64,000 nucleotides of DNA from an uncultured Algibacter sp. (lineage in GTDB: Bacteria; Bacteroidota; Bacteroidia; Flavobacteriales; Flavobacteriaceae): contig NZ_CANLGU010000006.1 of assembly GCF_947490405.1 (NCBI RefSeq), forward strand, positions 103,410 to 167,409, in the 5' to 3' direction. How positions within the stretch are numbered: the first letter of the stretch is position 1; every line of letters starts with the position of its first letter. Positions 58,269 through 64,000 of the stretch are shown piece by piece. The notes under the pieces were generated by a model. It ran no database searches, was not told the DNA's origin, and saw nothing but the letters and a program-made list of their open reading frames with translations. The position numbers were made by a program, and so were the translations under genes.

Positions 58269-59725
58269 TGGGAGTCGTTGCCTCACAATCCTTTAAAAAT
58301 GTTGTTTCTACCTATTTAGGTTTTTTTATTGGGGCTATTAATACCTTATTTCTATACACTGAATTTTTAAGTGATGATTATTACGGTATGGTAGGGTATA
58401 TGTTGTCTTTGGCCTATGTTGTTATGCCACTTATGGCTTTTGGAATGCATAATACCATAGTGAAATTTTATTCTTCATTTAAAACAAGAGTGTCATTAAA
58501 TAGTTTTTTAACGCTTACGTTGGTGCTGCCTTTTTTTATTATAATCCCTATAATATTAGTTACTTATATGAGTCATGATGTTATATCTGGCTTTCTTTCA
58601 AAGAAGAATGATATTATAAAAGGCTACCTGTGGCACACTTTAATTATAGCTATTTCTTTAGCTTATTTTGAAATCTTTTTTGCTTGGGCTAAAGTTCAAA
58701 TGCAAACTGTTTTTGGAAATTTTATGAAAGAAGTTTTTCATAGAGTAGGTGCTATGGTATTGTTACTATTATTGCACTTTAAGGTTATTGACTTAGACCA
58801 GTTTATGATAGGTCTTGTTGTGATGTATTTTATAAGAATGCTGGTGATGAAAATCTATGCTTTTACCATAAAACTTCCTGTGATAATTTTTAAGCGTATT
58901 CCCAATTCAAAAGATATCTTAAAATATTCGTTTTTAATTATTATAGCGGGTTCCATAGCAACTATATTATTGGATGTAGACAAAGTTATGCTAGGTTCTT
59001 ATGTTAAAATCAAAGAAATTGCTTATTATCAAGTGGCTATTTTTATAGCTACGGTTATTGCTGTACCACAACGTGCGATGCATCAGATTTTATTGCCTTT
59101 GTCTGCAAAGTTTTTGAATGAAAGGGATTTTGATGCTTTAGAAGATTTATATAAGCGTAGCTCATTGAATCTTTTTATTATTGGTGGTTTAATTTTTTTA
59201 TTAATTATACTCAATATCAATCAGCTATATTTAGTTATTCCTGAAGAGTTTAGTAGCGGATTAATTGTAGTGTTTTTAATAAGTATTTCTAAGCTTTTTG
59301 ATAATCTGTTGGGAAGTAATAATGCTATTTTATTTAATAGTGATTATTATAGAATGGTGCTAGTTTTAGGTGTATTTCTTGTTGTTGTCATGATCCTTTT
59401 AAATGTAATTTTTATTCCTGTTTTGGGGATTAATGGCGCAGGTATCGCGACGTTTATAGCAGTTGTTCTATACAATTCAATAAAATTATTTTTTGTTTAC
59501 ACGAAATTTAAAATTTTTCCCTTTACTGCAGTAACTTTAAAAATAGCGTTACTACTATTACTCACAGCACTACTACTTTATTTTTGGGAGTTTCCGTTTC
59601 ATCCTATTGTAAATATCGCTTTAAAGTCTATATTAACAACAGCTCTGTATGTTTATGTTGTGTATCGATTTAATTTTTCTGAGGATGTATCTGTGTTAAT
59701 ACGAAAGTACTTAAGGTTGAAGTGA
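58268..59725 (+). CDS. Wzx/MOP-family polysaccharide flippase
   Basis: About 14 TMs; DKVML, YQVA, GINGAGIAT. Confidence 0.85.
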   Translation: MGVVASQSFKNVVSTYLGFFIGAINTLFLYTEFLSDDYYGMVGYMLSLAYVVMPLMAFGMHNTIVKFYSSFKTRVSLNSFLTLTLVLPFFIIIPIILVTYMSHDVISGFLSKKNDIIKGYLWHTLIIAISLAYFEIFFAWAKVQMQTVFGNFMKEVFHRVGAMVLLLLLHFKVIDLDQFMIGLVVMYFIRMLVMKIYAFTIKLPVIIFKRIPNSKDILKYSFLIIIAGSIATILLDVDKVMLGSYVKIKEIAYYQVAIFIATVIAVPQRAMHQILLPLSAKFLNERDFDALEDLYKRSSLNLFIIGGLIFLLIILNINQLYLVIPEEFSSGLIVVFLISISKLFDNLLGSNNAILFNSDYYRMVLVLGVFLVVVMILLNVIFIPVLGINGAGIATFIAVVLYNSIKLFFVYTKFKIFPFTAVTLKIALLLLLTALLLYFWEFPFHPIVNIALKSILTTALYVYVVYRFNFSEDVSVLIRKYLRLK

Positions 59726-59762
59726 TTTTTATTTCCATACAAGTTAGAATTATTTCAAATGA

Positions 59763-59785
59763 GATTCCCGCCTTCGCGGAATGAC
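59763..59785 (-). repeat. REP family B copy
   Basis: Reverse complement GTCATTCCGCGAAGGCGGGAATC. Confidence 0.75.
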
Positions 59786-59872
59786 AAAAAAATTTATTGA
59801 AACGAAAAACCCCACGATGATGCTTTGAGGCATACATTTCGTAGGGCTTTCCAAACTAACCAACCAAAATTT

Positions 59873-61108
59873 TTATGATCGTCTTCGTGTTGTTGTCGAT
59901 CTTGTATTTTTGCTAGAATTACTTCTGCTTTGTGTTGCTCTAGGTGCTCTGGTTTGTGTAGACCTTTTAACTGTGCGTTGTTGCGTTGTTCTAGGTTTAT
60001 TAACCGTTCTACGTTGAGCTATTTGCGTATTTCTAGTAGTATTGTTATTACTTCTCTTATATGTACGAGTATTTGTGCTTTTTGGTTTTTGCACGGTTCT
60101 AGTTTTTTGTTGGCGTCTTACCTCATTATTTCTAGTACTCGTTCTATTATTGTCTCTATTAACGGTTTCACGGGTTCTTCTATTAGTTACTTCAGAATTA
60201 TTTCTAGAATTAGATTGTCTTGTAACTGCATTTTCGCGTCTTGTAACGTTTCTATTTATTGTACCATTATCACGTTTGCTAGTTTGTCTTTCTCTTACAT
60301 CATTATTACCTCTTCTTGTATTGTTACTAGCTACACTTCTTCTAGAATTATTGTTATTCGTTGCTACAGATCTTCTAGTAGATGTTGCTCGTCTATTTAC
60401 TTGCGTAACATTTCTTTTGCTTCGGTTTACAGTAGCATAACTTCTATTTCTTTGTATAACGTTACCTCGTCTACTCGCAATAGCAGTTCTAGGTCTGTAG
60501 TTGTTATAAAATGGTCTTCTGTAAGTATAGCGTACCGGATTATAAAACTGTCTGTAAGGTCTATTATACACTACACAGTAATCATAAGCAGGAATGCTAT
60601 AAAAACGGTGCCAAGGTCTATAAATATATCCTCTATTAAACACGTTAATAAATCCTGTGTAATGAGAAAACACATTATTTCTGTAAAATACATTTAAGCC
60701 TCCAATACGGTTTATGTATCCAAAGTTATTGTAATAGATGTTTACATTTCCAGCTTGAATGATACGTCCAAAATTATCATAAAAAATAGGAATATTTTCT
60801 ATCTGGATAATCGCTCCAAACTCATCATATTGTACATAAGCGTTATAATCAAAGCCAGAATTAAAGCTAATATTTACGTTTCTAGAATTAATATTTACAC
60901 CTAAACGAGAATTACCTCTTAGAATATTAAAATCGAATTGACCATCTCTAAATACTGAAAACTCAATACCATTTTCTACAAATATGAAAGAATTGCTATA
61001 ACCTCCATAATAAGTGGCTGTTGTGTTTAGTTCTGCGTTTTTCGTGTCTGCATTAACAGAGAATCCCACTAGGAGTAAACTTGCTAATAAAATTGCTATC
61101 TTTTTCAT
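59873..61108 (-). CDS. Secreted protein with Arg/Asn/Thr-rich disordered C-tail (paralog A)
   Basis: Signal peptide; FVENGIEFSVFRDGQFDFN domain; YDNFGRI/IGGL repeats; polybasic tail. Confidence 0.85.
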   Translation of the reverse strand: MKKIAILLASLLLVGFSVNADTKNAELNTTATYYGGYSNSFIFVENGIEFSVFRDGQFDFNILRGNSRLGVNINSRNVNISFNSGFDYNAYVQYDEFGAIIQIENIPIFYDNFGRIIQAGNVNIYYNNFGYINRIGGLNVFYRNNVFSHYTGFINVFNRGYIYRPWHRFYSIPAYDYCVVYNRPYRQFYNPVRYTYRRPFYNNYRPRTAIASRRGNVIQRNRSYATVNRSKRNVTQVNRRATSTRRSVATNNNNSRRSVASNNTRRGNNDVRERQTSKRDNGTINRNVTRRENAVTRQSNSRNNSEVTNRRTRETVNRDNNRTSTRNNEVRRQQKTRTVQKPKSTNTRTYKRSNNNTTRNTQIAQRRTVNKPRTTQQRTVKRSTQTRAPRATQSRSNSSKNTRSTTTRRRS

Positions 61109-61142
61109 AATTGTAAATTTTAAGGGTTACGTTTATGTATTT

Positions 61143-61157
61143 ACAAACAGCGTGCCA
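61143..61157 (-). promoter_or_regulatory. Sigma54 (RpoN) -24/-12 promoter
   Basis: Minus strand TGGCACG-CTGT-TTGT, 35 nt upstream of the start codon. Confidence 0.7.
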
Positions 61158-61235
61158 AAAAACTGAAGAGCTATCAAAAGCCTTGTGTTTATTGGAAAAT
61201 TAGTTTTTGAGTTAAAAAATTAACACCATCTATTT

Positions 61236-61270
61236 AAAAAACCTCAAAGCTATTACAACTTTGAGGTTTT
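61236..61270 (-). terminator. Intrinsic terminator after paralog B
   Basis: AAAACCTCAAAG...CTTTGAGGTTTT stem; the same CCTCAAA/TTTGAGG stem as 36801. Confidence 0.75.
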
Positions 61271-61300
61271 CTTTTTTAACCAATAACTAATCTCAAAAAA

Positions 61301-62074
61301 TTATCTTTTATATTTTTTATTCTTTTTGTGTTTCTTCACTTTACCATTTTGCTTAAAATAGTAGTAACCATCATCGTAAACACCATCGTCATCGTCCCAG
61401 TCTGTATTATCATCGTCAAACCAATCGTCATCATGGTTGTTATGGTTTCCATGGTCTTGTCCATTGCTTCTTGTATTTCTAAAATCATGGTTCATGTCGC
61501 ATCCAGTTACTCCACAATAGTTGCAATAGTCTCTATTAAAACGGTTTACTTGTCCTCGGGCAAAAACAATTTCTCCCCATCGGTTATAATTAACTTGCAA
61601 TCCGCCAACTCTAGATAGATTAGAGTGTCTGCCTCTGCTGTAATTCATAAATACAGAGCCTGCTCGGGTAATTCTACCAAATCTATCATAATTTAAATAC
61701 ACATTACCAATTCGCCTAACGGTGCCGTTTCGGTCTCTTAAAATATACGTACCTCTATTATTAGCATTGTAGATAATATTACCGTTTGGTCCGCGGTATG
61801 TCATACTCACATTACTTCTTCTTGTGTTGCGTCTGTAGTGATACCCATCATCATAATATCCATCTTGGGCATTGGTATTAAAATCGAAACTTCCGTCTGG
61901 GAAAATTAAAAATTCAATACCACGTTCCATAAACATAATGGGTTGCGTGTAGCGGTAATTTTTCTTTATATCACGTTTAGAACTTAATTTTTGGCTGTTT
62001 AGTTCTGTTGCTGATACAGTTGTTAATCCTATTAACAAACCTGCAAATACTAGTAATACTCTTTTCATAATCAT
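61301..62074 (-). CDS. Secreted protein with Asp/His-rich then Lys-rich tail (paralog B)
   Basis: Signal peptide; FMERGIEFLIFPDGSFDFN domain; YDRFGRI/VGGL repeats; DDDWFDDD tract. Confidence 0.85.
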   Translation of the reverse strand: MIMKRVLLVFAGLLIGLTTVSATELNSQKLSSKRDIKKNYRYTQPIMFMERGIEFLIFPDGSFDFNTNAQDGYYDDGYHYRRNTRRSNVSMTYRGPNGNIIYNANNRGTYILRDRNGTVRRIGNVYLNYDRFGRITRAGSVFMNYSRGRHSNLSRVGGLQVNYNRWGEIVFARGQVNRFNRDYCNYCGVTGCDMNHDFRNTRSNGQDHGNHNNHDDDWFDDDNTDWDDDDGVYDDGYYYFKQNGKVKKHKKNKKYKR

Positions 62075-62163
62075 AGGATTTAAATTAAACGTTCCGAAAT
62101 TTCAAACCACTCTTAAATTTTTGAGCTGTAGCTTTTCGGGTTTTACTACTGCAATACTAGTTT

Positions 62164-62178
62164 TCAATTTGCGTGCCA
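62164..62178 (-). promoter_or_regulatory. Sigma54 (RpoN) -24/-12 promoter
   Basis: Minus strand TGGCACG-CAAA-TTGA, about 90 nt upstream of the start codon. Confidence 0.7.
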
Positions 62179-62319
62179 AAGATGTAAGATTTTGTTTTAC
62201 AGGTTATTGTGTTTTCTTGTTATTTAGAACGTAGTGAGAAAACTTGTAATTGTTAGACTAAATCAAGTTCGTTACAGCAAGATTTATTTTACTATTTTTA
62301 TAAAGACTAATTCGAGTAC

Positions 62320-63423
62320 ATGAAAAGCAAAAAAGAAACGTGTAAAAATTGTGAAAAGCAGTTTAAAGACAGTTTTAAGTTTTGTCCGCACTGCGGCCAA
62401 CAAGCCAAGGACGAACTTACTGTTAAAGTATTGTTTTATAACACCATAAGTAATTACTTTTCTTTTGATGCCCGTTTTTTTAAAAGTTTTATTCCGTTAC
62501 TAAGAAAACCAGGTTACTTAGCACGAAAGTTTGTAGAGGGAAAGCGCCTGTTGTACTTGCATCCTGCACAAATGTATTTGTTTATCGCAGTCGTATTTTT
62601 CTTTTTGTTTTCATTTATACAGCGTAGTCAAGTGCAAACTATAGATGAAAAATTATCTAAAACTTTAAAAAAGGAAGCGGTTATAGATACCATCCAGGAT
62701 AAAAGTGTTAGAGATTCTATAAACCTAGCTAAGTTAGAAGCCAAACGAATTAAAGATTCTGTTGCTAAGGCGGAGTTGAAAAAAGTTTTGGAGAATAATA
62801 AGTTTATTACTGGAGTTACAGGAGAAGAAATAGACTCGATTGTAGCTAAGGAAGGTTTTGATGATGAAGATTGGAGAACTAGTTTTGATTTTAACCAGAA
62901 AACTGTTGATTCTTTGATAGAAATAGAAGCGCCTAACGATACTATTTATGAGTATATGGGTATGGATAAGGATGCGGGATATTTTACAAAACGCATTTAT
63001 ACACAAATGCTTAAATTTTATAGATATAGAAAGGGTGGGAGTGTGCTACAAACCTTTTATGATACCATACCTATTGCGATGTTTTTTTTATTACCGATTT
63101 TCGCTTTTATAATAAAATTACTTTATAGAAAAAGCGGACTTTATGCGCATCATTTGGTGTTTAGTTTTTATTATTTTTCTTTCTTGTTTACTGTATTTAG
63201 TATTATAATTGGAATTAATTTTATTTATGATATTCCTGATTGGATTGATTGGTTAGTGGCGCTTTCTACATTTATATATTTACTTCTGGCTTTAAAGCGC
63301 TTTTATGTACAAGGCTGGTTTAGAAGTTTTGTAAAAGCGAGTATAGCTTCCTTTTCATTTCTATTGTTTGTAATACCATTAACCATGTTTATTCTAGGGC
63401 TTTTTGCTTTTTTGTTTTATTAA
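62320..63423 (+). CDS. DUF3667-like membrane protein with N-terminal zinc ribbon
   Basis: CKNC...FCPHCGQ, PGYL..KFVEGKR..YLHP, HHLVFSFY. Confidence 0.85.
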   Translation: MKSKKETCKNCEKQFKDSFKFCPHCGQQAKDELTVKVLFYNTISNYFSFDARFFKSFIPLLRKPGYLARKFVEGKRLLYLHPAQMYLFIAVVFFFLFSFIQRSQVQTIDEKLSKTLKKEAVIDTIQDKSVRDSINLAKLEAKRIKDSVAKAELKKVLENNKFITGVTGEEIDSIVAKEGFDDEDWRTSFDFNQKTVDSLIEIEAPNDTIYEYMGMDKDAGYFTKRIYTQMLKFYRYRKGGSVLQTFYDTIPIAMFFLLPIFAFIIKLLYRKSGLYAHHLVFSFYYFSFLFTVFSIIIGINFIYDIPDWIDWLVALSTFIYLLLALKRFYVQGWFRSFVKASIASFSFLLFVIPLTMFILGLFAFLFY

Positions 63424-63466
63424 TACCTAGTAGATTAATTTTTAGCAATAAATTTTGTTGATTACC

Positions 63467-63550
63467 GCGTTAGGGATTGCAGAGGAAATCCTTTTTGTGA
63501 GGCACGAGCAAAAAGATTGAAACGTAAAGCCCGACCCTTGGGGAACGCCC
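63467..63550 (+). repeat. Dispersed repeat family A, copy 4
   Basis: GCGTTAGGGATTGCAG...ATCCTTTTTG...CAAAAAGATTG...AAAGCCCGACCCTTGGGGAACGCCC. Confidence 0.85.
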
Positions 63551-63561
63551 AAATTAAAATA

Positions 63562-64000
63562 TTAGTGAAGTTTCTGTTTTAAATATTTCCCAGTTTCAGA
63601 AGCTTTAATTTTAACAATGGCTTCGGGAGTTCCTGAAGCTACTAGGTTTCCACCGTTTTCACCTCCTGTTGGTCCTAAATCAATAATGTGGTCTGCACAC
63701 TTAATTAAATCGATATTATGTTCTACTACAATAATAGAATGTCCCTTATCGATTAAAGCATTAAAGGATTTAAGGAGTTTTTGAATGTCGTGAAAGTGAA
63801 GTCCTGTTGTGGGCTCATCAAAAATAAAAAGGGTTTTATCTTTATTGGATCCCTTGCCTAAAAATGATGCCAGTTTTATACGTTGCGCTTCACCACCAGA
63901 AAGGGTAGAAGAGCTTTGACCAAGCGTAACATAGCCTAGGCCAACATCTTGTAATGGTTGTAGCTTGTTTTTGATTTTTATTTGTTCTGTGGCTTCAAAA
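63562..64000 (-). CDS. uvrA: Excinuclease ABC subunit A family, C-terminal part (5' end outside window)
   Basis: Hand translation: [29 protein letters not shown]...FDEPTTGLH...VVEHN...[11 protein letters not shown]. Confidence 0.92.
   Translation of the reverse strand, partial: FEATEQIKIKNKLQPLQDVGLGYVTLGQSSSTLSGGEAQRIKLASFLGKGSNKDKTLFIFDEPTTGLHFHDIQKLLKSFNALIDKGHSIIVVEHNIDLIKCADHIIDLGPTGGENGGNLVASGTPEAIVKIKASETGKYLKQKLH

Noticed and set aside
59930-60697. 255-aa and 132-aa + strand ORFs
   Set aside because: Antisense artefacts of the low-complexity Arg/Asn/Thr tail of 59873-61108.
1-64000. CRISPR array, tRNA, rRNA, IS transposase or prophage genes
   Set aside because: No regularly spaced repeat-spacer array, cloverleaf, DDE/HUH transposase or phage structural gene was recognised; the repeats found are dispersed hairpins.

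Overview
AT-rich Bacteroidota (Flavobacteriaceae-like) chromosomal segment. Evidence for the lineage: TAnnTTTG promoters, lipoprotein-rich content and Flavobacterium-type menaquinone and sulfonolipid genes. Left to right: a truncated N6-adenine DNA methyltransferase at an accessory-island edge; OmpA lipoprotein, GT2, holA and ung; a menaquinone cluster (menB-menA...menC-CPBP-menE) interrupted by DUF2490 and a beta-carbonic anhydrase; sppA; an acyl-CoA carboxylase; a MarR/DoxX/FMN-reductase/two-pirin redox locus with palindromic operators; and ettA. Next is an uncharacterised ~10 kb co-oriented cluster (coiled-coil protein, hypothetical, classic AAA ATPase, NudK, DUF6638-like, two membrane proteins) carrying a REP-flanked GIY-YIG cassette. 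The right half holds fumC, peroxiredoxin, frameshifted prfB, an orphan CapK-like ligase, a lipoprotein with thioester-domain-like motifs, capA/capB-like sulfonolipid genes facing a ceramide-synthase-like GNAT, a YfhO-GT4-flippase unit, two paralogous secreted proteins each behind a sigma54-type promoter, and a partial uvrA-family gene. Several dispersed REP/MITE-like repeat families are present. No rRNA, tRNA or CRISPR array was seen. All family assignments come from motif recognition and recall; no database search was run.
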